DNA of 64,000 bases from an uncultured Desulfospira sp. (GCA_963663165.1 OY760175.1:2304001-2368000), one strand, 5' to 3'; counted from the stretch's first letter, positions 27,218-36,421 are shown. Numbers and translations: made by a program. Notes: generated from the sequence alone by a model not told the origin.

Positions 27218-29269
27218 ATGTGTAAATCCATTCCACAAGAACAATTTCCCTGGATGGCATGGTTGTTACGCAAATTGTCTTCAAAAGAGGAACCGGCTGA
27301 TGATCAGCTTTTCAACAACGCTGCAAATCAAGGATGGTTGACTTGGCAAGAGCATGGTTTCTGGCGTGTTTGTGGAGCATGGGCGAAGGGTCTTCCAACT
27401 AATAAAGCCATAGTCGAGCATATTTTGACTGTCGACGATGCTGCCCACTTCGCCATGGCCATGGGAGAACTATCATCTGGTGTAAACGGCTTCCCGCTGG
27501 ATGCATGCAGCAAGGCGTTGAATGAAAGCCCTGGATTTCAAAAAAGTGATGCGGTTTTTCAACGGATTGGTGAGCTGGCTAAAAAAAATTACCCTTCTGT
27601 TGAATGTAATTTGGATACGCTTAAAGTTGCGCAATTTATAAATTCGTGCCAGTTAGATTATGATTCTTTTCAGATGGTTTCTTCTTTCACTGATTACCCC
27701 AGGTTCCTCAAGCCATTGAGGAGATACGGTTTATCTTACGGCATGTATATAGCATACATGTTAAATTTCAAAGCTTTTGGACTGTGGCTATCTCGGCAGA
27801 GCGACCCGGCTCTGATCGTCCCAACTCTCAGCCAATTTTCTATACTTTTCTACTTAGCTGATCAAAAAACCGTTGTTGGGCTCCTTAATTCCAGGCATCC
27901 GTTCCTTCAACTAAATGGGATCATGGCCCTGCATGCTTATCGAGATAAAGGGACCACATGTGACTGGCACTACCCATTGGAACAGGCCTTTGCAATAGTC
28001 GATAAGACTGAGCTATCTATAGAGGACTTCGCCTGGACTACATTTAGTCGTTTTAATGAGTTTGAAGGGCTTTGTGGACGTGCAAAAGGGGTTTTTGAGT
28101 ATCAAGTAAAGCAAGGCCCTGAACTTTCAGAAAAAGCAAAAGAGTCCAAAGAAAGGTATGAAAAAATTGTTGCTAGTATGGAGGATGAACTGTCAGTTTT
28201 TACCAATCACTTCCCCAAAAATGGGATAAACGAGAAACAGGCCTCTTATGTTTTGGGGGTTACTCGTGGGCGGCTTGGACTTCCTCTGCGGGTGGCAGAA
28301 AAGCTCCCAGAAAAAACAAAGAAGACGCTTGTTAAAGCGATTTTCAAAAGATTTCACTCCCAGACAGGTATTTTCAAATTAGCGAGTGAAACAGAACACT
28401 ATTCGTTGCCCTATCGTTGGAAGCAGCGTGTGAACTATTCTGCGCGAGCTTTTGTGCAGTATCATGCAGGCAAGAATATAGGCAGAAAATTTGGTTCTCT
28501 CGCCAAACCAGTGGAAGATGCACTTGTGCCGAATATGCTTGAACCATACTTATACTATCGGCGACATCATAAATGGATGCATGTTTTTGGCAGATTAGGT
28601 TTACTTTATTTTTATACAATAGAAATCGCAAAGACGTCTGATTTGGAAACAGAGAAAGGGGGTAGCTTTTTAATTCAGCATATGGTTAAGCAAACCCTAA
28701 TTTTATTTTTGCATTATTCAGGAGAGTATTTCACATCATTATACGATGTGTTAAGTCTTCGAGTAGCGAATCTGTTCGAGGGGAAGGTTAAGAAAGACAC
28801 GTTAGAAGAGTTGAAGGCTTTTGTAGACCATCCTCGAGGGTATTCGATTACAAAATTGCTTTTGGTTTGGACTCTCCCAGAATTATTTGAAGGTTATAAA
28901 AATAAGGTGATGCATCTGTTTAGAATTTTTGATCTACTCCCACCTGACGAAGACGGTATACTTGAAAGATTTTCAGCCTATGCAAATATTATGGATCGTG
29001 CCCTTGTGGCTGCGCACAGGATGAAGGATTTATCTTTAAGCAACGAATTGGTGGCTGACTGGGAAAAGAGGTTCTCAGTCTGGAAACCGGTTGTAGGCTC
29101 TAAATGGTTGCTCGCGCCACATTGGCAACAAAAAGCCTTGAGCGGAGATAATGAGGGGTATACGTGGCTTTGTGGATTGCCTGAGCTTAGTAACTGCTTG
29201 TGTCGAAGGTACTGTGACGAGATGTACATAAAACATAGAGGGGCAAACAAAGATAATACGAAAATATAA
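27218..29269 (+). CDS. Hypothetical 683-aa protein, translationally coupled to the VPA1262-like gene
   Basis: Long ORF, TAATG overlap with the upstream stop; no motif recognised. Confidence 0.75.
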   Translation: MCKSIPQEQFPWMAWLLRKLSSKEEPADDQLFNNAANQGWLTWQEHGFWRVCGAWAKGLPTNKAIVEHILTVDDAAHFAMAMGELSSGVNGFPLDACSKALNESPGFQKSDAVFQRIGELAKKNYPSVECNLDTLKVAQFINSCQLDYDSFQMVSSFTDYPRFLKPLRRYGLSYGMYIAYMLNFKAFGLWLSRQSDPALIVPTLSQFSILFYLADQKTVVGLLNSRHPFLQLNGIMALHAYRDKGTTCDWHYPLEQAFAIVDKTELSIEDFAWTTFSRFNEFEGLCGRAKGVFEYQVKQGPELSEKAKESKERYEKIVASMEDELSVFTNHFPKNGINEKQASYVLGVTRGRLGLPLRVAEKLPEKTKKTLVKAIFKRFHSQTGIFKLASETEHYSLPYRWKQRVNYSARAFVQYHAGKNIGRKFGSLAKPVEDALVPNMLEPYLYYRRHHKWMHVFGRLGLLYFYTIEIAKTSDLETEKGGSFLIQHMVKQTLILFLHYSGEYFTSLYDVLSLRVANLFEGKVKKDTLEELKAFVDHPRGYSITKLLLVWTLPELFEGYKNKVMHLFRIFDLLPPDEDGILERFSAYANIMDRALVAAHRMKDLSLSNELVADWEKRFSVWKPVVGSKWLLAPHWQQKALSGDNEGYTWLCGLPELSNCLCRRYCDEMYIKHRGANKDNTKI

Positions 29270-29478
29270 GTATATTATCAAAAGCTGACAACGAAGGTGT
29301 TATCAAGGCTTTTTAATTATGAAATTAAACCGTTAAATGATTTGACTCAACAATGAACATGCTGGGGATAAAGCCGCATATGTTCAGGTTAAAAATCGAA
29401 AATGAGTCAAAACCTTTGAGGAATAGCAAAGTGAGCATTTTGTCTATTTATGTAGCGAGTTTTTTTTGTTGCGTGTTC

Positions 29479-29544
29479 TACCCCGCCCGACCCAGCTGGA
29501 CCCCGCTATACCCCGCCATATTTTGAAAAAATACTACCCCGCCA
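29479..29544. repeat. Iteron-like (T/G)ACCCCGC repeats, 10-bp period
   Basis: Copies at 29479, 29489, 29499, 29509, 29535. Confidence 0.75.
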
Positions 29545-29583
29545 CCATCCATCCGATCATAGATCTAAGGAGGTATCAGGTCT

Positions 29584-30123
29584 ATGAAAAAACAAATCCG
29601 ACAGCGCAGGTGTAAAAACTGCCAAAATTTATTCAAGCCAGATCCCCGTCATTTGAAACGGCAAAAATTTTGTAACGAACCCGAATGCAAAATTGCCAGT
29701 AAAAAACACAGCCAGCAAAAATGGCTGAATAAGCCAAAGAATCAGGATTATTTTTCAGGGCCTGAGAATGTGGTCCGTGTTCAGGAATGGCGCCAAAGCA
29801 ATCCTGGTTACTGGAAGCGAACAAAGCCTCCGGGAAAGCCATCCTTAACTGAAAATACGTTACAAGAGATAAAAACTGCCAAAACCATTGCTGGTAAAGG
29901 ATCTTCGATGGATTTAATTCAAATACCGTTACAAGATTTAATATCGGCCAAGACCCTTGTCTTTATTGGGTTTGACACCCTCCTTAACAAAAATGCGTTA
30001 CAAGAGATTATTGATGCCACGGACCAGGAGACGGTAAAATTGACACCAGATATTATGAAGGAACTAACCAAAAAGAAGAGGTGTCAGCATGGGCAAACGA
30101 TTTTCTTCAAAGGAACTTTATAG
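29584..30123 (+). CDS. Cys-rich basic hypothetical protein, RIT2 cargo
   Basis: CKNC..RQKFCNEPEC..SQQKWL; AAGGAGG RBS. Confidence 0.7.
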   Translation: MKKQIRQRRCKNCQNLFKPDPRHLKRQKFCNEPECKIASKKHSQQKWLNKPKNQDYFSGPENVVRVQEWRQSNPGYWKRTKPPGKPSLTENTLQEIKTAKTIAGKGSSMDLIQIPLQDLISAKTLVFIGFDTLLNKNALQEIIDATDQETVKLTPDIMKELTKKKRCQHGQTIFFKGTL

Positions 30124-30397
30124 ATTACGAAATTCAATACCCATTCATGTGTTGATCGAAACGGAACTGGGTATTCCAGCCAAAATAAGTGAAGGGGTTT
30201 TCCGTTTTCTGTGTCCCTTGTGCAATGAATTTCAGACTGCAGTTAATCCTAAGACGAACCTGAGCAGGTGTTTTCGATGCGAAAAGAATTTTAATACCAT
30301 AGATCTGGTAATGGCCTGTCGGCACATTGGTTTTGTTGACAGTGTCAAATATCTTCAGATTATTTTGAATACAAGAGCACCTGATCATGACGTCTGA
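30089..30397 (+). CDS. CHC2-type zinc-finger protein, RIT2 cargo
   Basis: FLCPLCNEFQTAVNPKTNLSRCFRCEKNFNTIDLVM; near-identical core to 15472..15861. Confidence 0.85.
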   Translation: MGKRFSSKELYRLRNSIPIHVLIETELGIPAKISEGVFRFLCPLCNEFQTAVNPKTNLSRCFRCEKNFNTIDLVMACRHIGFVDSVKYLQIILNTRAPDHDV

Positions 30398-31346
30398 TTT
30401 GGGAACAGAACTCAATATACAGTCTTATCGTCGATGTCGAGTGCCGGCAGAAATAATGCCGCCACTCGGCCTTCCGTTGCCGGAAATTTTTCATGGGTAT
30501 CTGAATTATTACAAACACCAGCTTCGTAACGAAAACAATATCGGCGCAATGAGGCAAATACTGATGAGTTTTCATTTTTTTCTTCAAACGTCAGGCATTC
30601 TTTTAAATGAAATATCCATTCATCAGGTTGATCAATTTTTAGCCCGTTACAACACCAATTATTCTGCCGGGGCAGCCAGATCTAACCGGTCACATCTTCG
30701 GCAGTTTCTCAAGCACCTCTACCGAGGCGGGTATATCAAAAAAGACATCTCTGTGCTGGTGGTGAGCCCTCCTGAGTTTGCTCGGTCAAAACCACCGAAA
30801 TTCTTGCGCCCCCATGAAGTGCAAAAAATGTTTAAGCTCATGAATTTGTCAACAGCAAAAGATCTCCGTATTTATGCGGCTATGCACCTGGCATATTTTT
30901 TGGGATTGAGGCCCGGAGAAATCAGCTCACTTACCCTGGATGACATCTCTTTCAGGCAAAAAGAGATTTTTATTCGTTCGAGAAAAAATTACAGCCCTGC
31001 TCATCTTCCTGTGCCGGACAATGTGATCAAGGCCATCACCGCTTATATTATCGGCGGGAGACCAGAAACCCAATCTCGAACCTTATTTTTACAGTTAGTG
31101 CCGCCTTATAAACCGGTTGGCAGGAGCGACATCCCCCGTCATATAAGAGAATTTATGGCTGATAGCAATCTTGAGTCAAACACATATTGGCTGAGGCATT
31201 CTTACGCCCAGAATTTGCTGGAGTCCGGTGCTTCCATTTATGAGATAAAAGAAATGATGGGCCATAAAAGCATCGGAGCAACGCAAAAATATCTGAGCAT
31301 CCATATCAACCTGATGCGGGAGGTTATCCTCGGTGAAACGCTTTAA
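30387..31346 (+). CDS. RIT tyrosine recombinase A
   Basis: LGLRPGE, YWLRHSYA, MMGH, QKYL. Confidence 0.9.
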   Translation: MTSDLGTELNIQSYRRCRVPAEIMPPLGLPLPEIFHGYLNYYKHQLRNENNIGAMRQILMSFHFFLQTSGILLNEISIHQVDQFLARYNTNYSAGAARSNRSHLRQFLKHLYRGGYIKKDISVLVVSPPEFARSKPPKFLRPHEVQKMFKLMNLSTAKDLRIYAAMHLAYFLGLRPGEISSLTLDDISFRQKEIFIRSRKNYSPAHLPVPDNVIKAITAYIIGGRPETQSRTLFLQLVPPYKPVGRSDIPRHIREFMADSNLESNTYWLRHSYAQNLLESGASIYEIKEMMGHKSIGATQKYLSIHINLMREVILGETL

Positions 31347-32307
31347 AAGCTTTCTTAGCGAATATATAGAGGATTTTATCGAATACCGTCTTCAATTGGG
31401 ATATTCAGATAAAATGCTGCTGTGCAGCCTTCGGTTGCTGGATCGGTATGTTGCCCAAAGGGATGTGACCTGGACATCATTTGATCCGTTGTTTTTCATC
31501 CGACTCCGTTCAGACCTCAATTGTGAAAACCGTTCCATCAATACATTTTTTCGAACGTTTCAAATGTTTTTCAAATATCTGATCCGCAGAGACCTGATTT
31601 TGACAAATCCCATACAGGAGATTGCTGAGCTGCCGGAAAATCAGATTATCCCTTTTATTTTTTCTCCGAAAGAAACGGATCTTTTATTGAAAACTGTCAT
31701 AAAACAGATGCGAAAAACAAAAAAATATTACCTCACCGATTTTAGCGGTTATATCTCTTTTCTGCTGATGGCCCGGTGCGGCTTGAGAATATCGGAGACG
31801 TTCAATTTGCTGCAAAAGAACTACAGGTCTGAAGAAAGGACAATCTATATTGAGAAAACAAAATTTAAAAAAGACCGACTGATCCCAATACCCAAGGCCG
31901 TTTCTTGTGAAATCGACAATTTTTTGAACGTGCGACGGCTTTTACTTATTGCCGATGTGCATCCTTTATTATTGATCAAAGGAGATGGCGGAAAGTTACC
32001 CCGCCATTTCATGGATCGAAAATTTAAAAAAGCGATTTCGGCCATTAACCTTGATCAGCACAAAAAAATTATTGGTGCTACAAATTTCAGCAACCCGACA
32101 CGGCACTCACTTCGTCATTCCTTTGCTGTAAATACACTGAAACGAATTAAACAACAGGGCAAGTCTGCCCAAAATGCGTTGCCGGTGCTGGCCGCTTACA
32201 TGGGACACAGCGAATACAAGTATACGACCAAATATCTGAGAGTTCTGGATGCAGAGCATCGCCGCCAAATGCTTGATTTTTCGATGTTGAGAAGTGAGGA
32301 TGTATGA
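31333..32307 (+). CDS. RIT tyrosine recombinase B
   Basis: CGLRISE, TKFKKDRL, HSLRHSFAV, YMGH, KYL. Confidence 0.92.
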   Translation: MKRFKSFLSEYIEDFIEYRLQLGYSDKMLLCSLRLLDRYVAQRDVTWTSFDPLFFIRLRSDLNCENRSINTFFRTFQMFFKYLIRRDLILTNPIQEIAELPENQIIPFIFSPKETDLLLKTVIKQMRKTKKYYLTDFSGYISFLLMARCGLRISETFNLLQKNYRSEERTIYIEKTKFKKDRLIPIPKAVSCEIDNFLNVRRLLLIADVHPLLLIKGDGGKLPRHFMDRKFKKAISAINLDQHKKIIGATNFSNPTRHSLRHSFAVNTLKRIKQQGKSAQNALPVLAAYMGHSEYKYTTKYLRVLDAEHRRQMLDFSMLRSEDV

Positions 32308-33323
32308 GATTATCCACCTGCCTGCATCAGTATTTTTATGAATACCTGCCCCATATAAAAGGGACCAGCGAACAAAGCATTAAAACTTACCAGCAGGCTT
32401 TTTCTTTGTTTCTGCATTTTTTGGCGGATTATCATTCGATCAAAATCAAATCCTTGAAAATTGACCATTTAACACCTGACGCTGTTCTGGGCTTCCTGAA
32501 TCATTTGGAAACAGACCGAAAAAATACCGTCCAGACCCGGAACAACCGCTTGGCCGTGATCAAGTCGCTGGCCAAGATGATCCGATTCATGCATCCGGAC
32601 AAAAAACGAGTCGCAGAAGCTCTTTTGACCATCCCTCAGAAAAGGGCTCAAAAGAAGGTGATGGGATTTTTACACCCAGAAGAAATAATGAAAATTTTCA
32701 GTGTCGTCGATTTAAAAAAGAAGGAAGGGATGAGAGATTTTACCATTCTCCATCTGCTTTACGACTCCGGTGCCAGAGCCAGCGAGATTGCCACACTGGA
32801 ATTTGATTATTTTGATCCTGAAAACGAAACCATTGCGGTCCTGGGCAAGGGGAACCGATACAGGTTGATCAACCTGTGGTCCAAAACCGCATCACTGATC
32901 TCAGACTATATCACCAATCATAGAGTAGCCCCCATCCCATTATTTGCACACCGGCTGTTCATTAATCAGCGGAGGCGGGGAATGACCCGGCATGGTATCA
33001 ACAAAATTTGCCGAAGATATCTGACAAAAGCATTGCCGGAAAAACGGTTGAAAGGTCTGAGTCCGGCCCATTGCTTCAGACATTCTTGTGCGGTTAATAT
33101 GGTGACTTCAGGGGCCCCCGTATCGGATATCAAAAATCGCCTGGGCCATCAAAGCGTTGAATCAACAATGGCTTATTTGCAGCTGGACTTGTCAAAAAAA
33201 CGGGAAATCCAGGATAAGCTCATTGAATATATGCAATCGAAAATAAATCAAGACAAGAAGATTGATGAGCTGATCGACTGGAAAAATAATGCTGAAATCC
33301 TTGCCTGGCTTGACAGTTTATGA
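32304..33323 (+). CDS. RIT tyrosine recombinase C
   Basis: SGARASE, GKGNR, HCFRHS, LGH, AYL. Confidence 0.92.
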   Translation: MRLSTCLHQYFYEYLPHIKGTSEQSIKTYQQAFSLFLHFLADYHSIKIKSLKIDHLTPDAVLGFLNHLETDRKNTVQTRNNRLAVIKSLAKMIRFMHPDKKRVAEALLTIPQKRAQKKVMGFLHPEEIMKIFSVVDLKKKEGMRDFTILHLLYDSGARASEIATLEFDYFDPENETIAVLGKGNRYRLINLWSKTASLISDYITNHRVAPIPLFAHRLFINQRRRGMTRHGINKICRRYLTKALPEKRLKGLSPAHCFRHSCAVNMVTSGAPVSDIKNRLGHQSVESTMAYLQLDLSKKREIQDKLIEYMQSKINQDKKIDELIDWKNNAEILAWLDSL

Positions 33324-33716
33324 TCCATTGAGGTAGCCTTTTGCTATCTTTAAAGCGGTATGTAGTAAAACAAAAAATTATGTTGCCAGTGATTATGAAA
33401 AATTTTATAATCCACTGTAACTCATTGAATTTAAAAGTCGATATTGATTTGCACAGCGGGTGTTTGAATTTATCATAAAAATCAATGAGTTATGACCACT
33501 CGCAACATAAGTCTATTTATGTTGTGTGCAACCTTTGCCAGTAAAGGCGTTGACTTCTTATGTCATTGAGTGCTCGGATCGGAAATTCGGAAGATCAAAT
33601 TAAGCTTTTGAGGTGAAGACTACCTACGTAACATTGTCCGCTTTTCAGGTGAACGAACCCACCAGACTATCCTGTAATTCAGGCTCGTTCCAATATCAAA
33701 AATGATGTCGCCGATA

Positions 33717-34759
33717 TTATTTTTTGCCTTTTATTTTCTTTGAGGTTTCTATTTGTTTTACCGCCTTATCGAAGTCGCTCAGTTCATTTTTTGAAGAGAT
33801 CAAACGCCGGGCATGAAATTTTTCATACTCATTTTCAGCCGTCTGCTTTGCCGATTCATGGGAAATTTTTCCCGCATGGTTCAAAATGTCCCGATCATTG
33901 ATCGAAAGAAAACCATCCAGCTTTTTAATCCAGTCTTCCATATACATGGGAATACGGCGCATGGCCTGGCCTTGTGCAAAAATAAGGTATTGTTCAACCA
34001 AATTATTTAAGGCCGCTAATTCGTCTTCATTGAGGTAATTTTTTGCAATGACAACGTCCTGCTTGCGGACCTTTGTCCCCCGGTAATTGGTCAGCCCCAT
34101 ATTGGGTTTATCAGCATCAACCCGGGAATGAATAATCTCAGCGGCTGTTTGGCCGGTTATGGCCCAGTGCATCTTGTTTTGGACTGTCTTAAAAAATGAA
34201 ATACTGATATCCATGGTGGGATCATAATCTATGCTGTGGCATAAATATCGGTAATTTTCTGATAGAACCGACGCTCGGACGTCCGTATATCCTGAATCCG
34301 CCGTTCCAGTTCCTCAAAGTAATCAAAGGGAAGGTCTGGATTTTTCAAACGGTCATCGTCCAGAGTAAACCCTTTGATAATATATTCCTTGAGCCGTTCC
34401 GTTGCCCAGATACGAAAACGGGTGGCCACACGGCTTTTTACCCGGTAACCAACGGATATGATCATATCCAGATTATAGTAATCCAGCAGGCGCTTTACGT
34501 CTCGGTTCCCTTCCCTGCGAACCGTCAAATATTTTTTGACAGTTGCCTCCGGCGCCAACTCACTTTCTTCATAAATTGAATTAATATGATGGCTTATATT
34601 CTGCTTTGAACTTTGAAACAGATCTGCCATCAACTGCTGGGTTAACCATACAGATTCATCCTCAATCCGGACATCTAACTTAAGCCGGCCATCTTCGTCC
34701 TGATAGACCAAAAACTGTCCTTTGGATGGTGTGTTTTCTTGCGGTGTGTCCCCGGCCAT
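33717..34759 (-). pseudogene. rhuM: Virulence RhuM-family protein, frameshifted near 34235
   Basis: VWLTQ.LMA.LF, YNLDMIISVGYRVKS, IRTSERRFYQKITDIYAT / FFKTVQNKMHWAITGQTAAE; adding one base restores ATSIDYDPT. Confidence 0.85.
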
Positions 34760-35079
34760 TAATCAGTCTCCCATATTTCTTATAAACTCCGGGCCATCCT
34801 ACTTACCCGCCTGCATTTAAATATGGCACCCCGAATTGCACCTATTATTAAGAGTGTTATTCTAATTTTATTGTACACGCTAAGCCGACATCAGAACAGC
34901 ATACGTTTTAAATTATTTGCACTGTTAGGTGAGTTGATATGAAAAATTCGGCAGCCATGATAGAGACTTTTGAAGCGAGGACTACTTATTCGATCGGTTT
35001 TGTTTTTCAATAGACAATTGCCATAGACTTTCCCTGTTACTCCTGAGCATTTCTATAGTAGACATAAAGGCATTAGATC

Positions 35080-35120
35080 AATACAAAGATTGACAATTAT
35101 TGTATTTTGACTATTATGAT
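35080..35120 (+). promoter_or_regulatory. parDE promoter with overlapping operator palindrome
   Basis: TTGACA 35090-95, TATTAT 35112-17; IR AATACAAAGATTG/CAATTATTGTATT. Confidence 0.65.
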
Positions 35121-35157
35121 ATGTAGTTGTTTTTATTTAAAGAAGAGGAGGGCAGAT

Positions 35158-35406
35158 ATGCATATCTCATTGACCCCTGAGCTTGAAAACACAGTTAAAC
35201 AAAAAGTAGCATCAGGTTTTTATAACAACGCAAGTGAAGTTATTCGGGATGCTCTGCGGTTCTGGGAAAAAAACGAAGAATTGGTTCAGCATATGAAACT
35301 TGAATTGTTAAAAGAACGCCTGGCGACTGGTGCTGAGGAAGCCAGACAAGGAAAATTTGTGGCGCAGTCTGTAAGCGAAATTATTGATGAGGCCAGGGAT
35401 GCCTGA
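35158..35406 (+). CDS. parD: ParD-family RHH antitoxin
   Basis: MHISLTPELE..VASGFYNNASEVIRDALR; GAGGAG RBS. Confidence 0.9.
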   Translation: MHISLTPELENTVKQKVASGFYNNASEVIRDALRFWEKNEELVQHMKLELLKERLATGAEEARQGKFVAQSVSEIIDEARDA

Positions 35407-35692
35407 ATACCGTCTGACGCCTTCGGCAAAATCAGATTTGATTGAAATTTGGAATTATACTGTTCAAACATGGGGTGAGAAACAAGCTGACAAATATCTT
35501 CAATATATTGAAGATACGCTTAATGAACTCGCTGCCAATCCTGGGCTTGGTAGGCAGCGACCGGAAATCTGTCCAGGATATTATTCCTTTCCAGCGCGAA
35601 AACACATAATCTTCTATCTTAACTCAGGCCGTCACATTGATATCATTGGTATCTTACATGGAAAAATGGATATTGATAAAAACTTAATGTGA
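35399..35692 (+). CDS. parE: ParE/RelE-family toxin
   Basis: YRLTPSAKSDLIEIWNYT..WGEKQA..NPGLGRQR..HIIFY..IIGILHGKMD. Confidence 0.9.
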   Translation: MPEYRLTPSAKSDLIEIWNYTVQTWGEKQADKYLQYIEDTLNELAANPGLGRQRPEICPGYYSFPARKHIIFYLNSGRHIDIIGILHGKMDIDKNLM

Positions 35693-35818
35693 GGTGTGGA
35701 CTACTCGTCTGGCAGATCTAATTTTTTAACCGGATGAATACCCAAGACTATCCCTGTTTCATATCGGTGCTTGTATCTTTTATTTGACTTTCTGTATTCG
35801 AACGATTACATATTCAAT

Positions 35819-36115
35819 ATGTACATAGTTAAAACATTACCCGAATTTGACAAATGGCTTGACAGCTTGAAAGACCGTATAACAAGGCTTCGCCTAAGCC
35901 GCCGTCTTGATAAAGCACAGCGTGGCAACCTTGGTGATGTGAAGCCTGTTGGAGAAGGTGTCTTTGAGATGAGGGAACATTTTGGTCCGGGCTGGCGGAT
36001 GTATTACACCAAGCGGGGAGACACTTTGATCGTCATGCTTGGTGGGGGAGATAAGAGCAGCCAGGAAAGTGATATTGCCAGGGCCAAACAGCGGGAAACC
36101 ACTTTGGAGGATTGA
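35819..36115 (+). CDS. RelE-superfamily addiction-module killer (HI1419-like)
   Basis: FDKWLDSLKD..GNLGDVKPVGEGVFEMREHFGPGWRMYY..LGGGDKSSQ. Confidence 0.9.
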   Translation: MYIVKTLPEFDKWLDSLKDRITRLRLSRRLDKAQRGNLGDVKPVGEGVFEMREHFGPGWRMYYTKRGDTLIVMLGGGDKSSQESDIARAKQRETTLED

Positions 36116-36118
36116 ATT

Positions 36119-36421
36119 ATGAAAAAACGAATTGCAGACCTGCCGGATTTTGATATGGCACAGCAGCTTAAAAGCGAAGAAGATATTGCTGCTTACATCA
36201 CCATGGTGATTGAAGATGGGGATGCTGCCGAATTAGCCCATGCCCTGGGGGTAGCTGCCAAGGCCCGTGGTATGAGCGAAGTTGCTAAATTGACAGGAAT
36301 AACCCGCGAAGCTTTGTATAAAGCGCTTAAGCCAAACGCCAAACCTCGATTTGACACGATTAACAAGGTGTGTGCGGCCCTCGGAGTTCGCCTGGTAGCT
36401 CAGCCTGCCAAATCTCATTAA
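36119..36421 (+). CDS. Addiction-module antidote (HI1420-like HTH)
   Basis: FDMAQQLKSEEDIAAYI..ALGVAAKARGMSEVAK.TGITREALYKAL..PRFDTI. Confidence 0.9.
   Translation: MKKRIADLPDFDMAQQLKSEEDIAAYITMVIEDGDAAELAHALGVAAKARGMSEVAKLTGITREALYKALKPNAKPRFDTINKVCAALGVRLVAQPAKSH

Larger units (their letters stand above)
24195..27218 (+). pseudogene. VPA1262-like protein with C-terminal PLD-like nuclease domain, interrupted by an IS
   Basis: GGAGG RBS + ORF 24195; removing 24413-25844 plus one repeat copy fuses it in frame (..EDLSNGHLRTNLLGQ..) to ORF 25875; IVDPFFD, FHDRYL, LLSNS motifs. Confidence 0.8.
29448..33510 (+). mobile_element. RIT element 2 (three tyrosine recombinases plus Cys-rich and CHC2 cargo)
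   Basis: Terminal IR TTATGT(A/T)GCGAGT; flanking 6-bp direct repeat GTCTAT (29442-47, 33511-16). Confidence 0.9.

Noticed and set aside
19151..33510. A single composite transposon formed by the two RITs
   Set aside because: Each RIT has its own matching 6-bp flanking repeat and the outer flanks differ, indicating independent insertions.
29431..33527. Empty RIT2 site as the chromosomal dif
   Set aside because: The best alignment needs a 7-bp spacer, the XerD arm lacks the AAAT end, and a homologous second site lies nearby inside the island.
34845..34900. Third copy of the RIT target site (TATTGTACACGCTAAGCC)
   Set aside because: Only the right arm resembles site 1; the left flank does not align convincingly by eye.
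34939..35012. MKNSAAMIETFEART.. as a Phd antitoxin
   Set aside because: Too short and diverged to support; at most a remnant.
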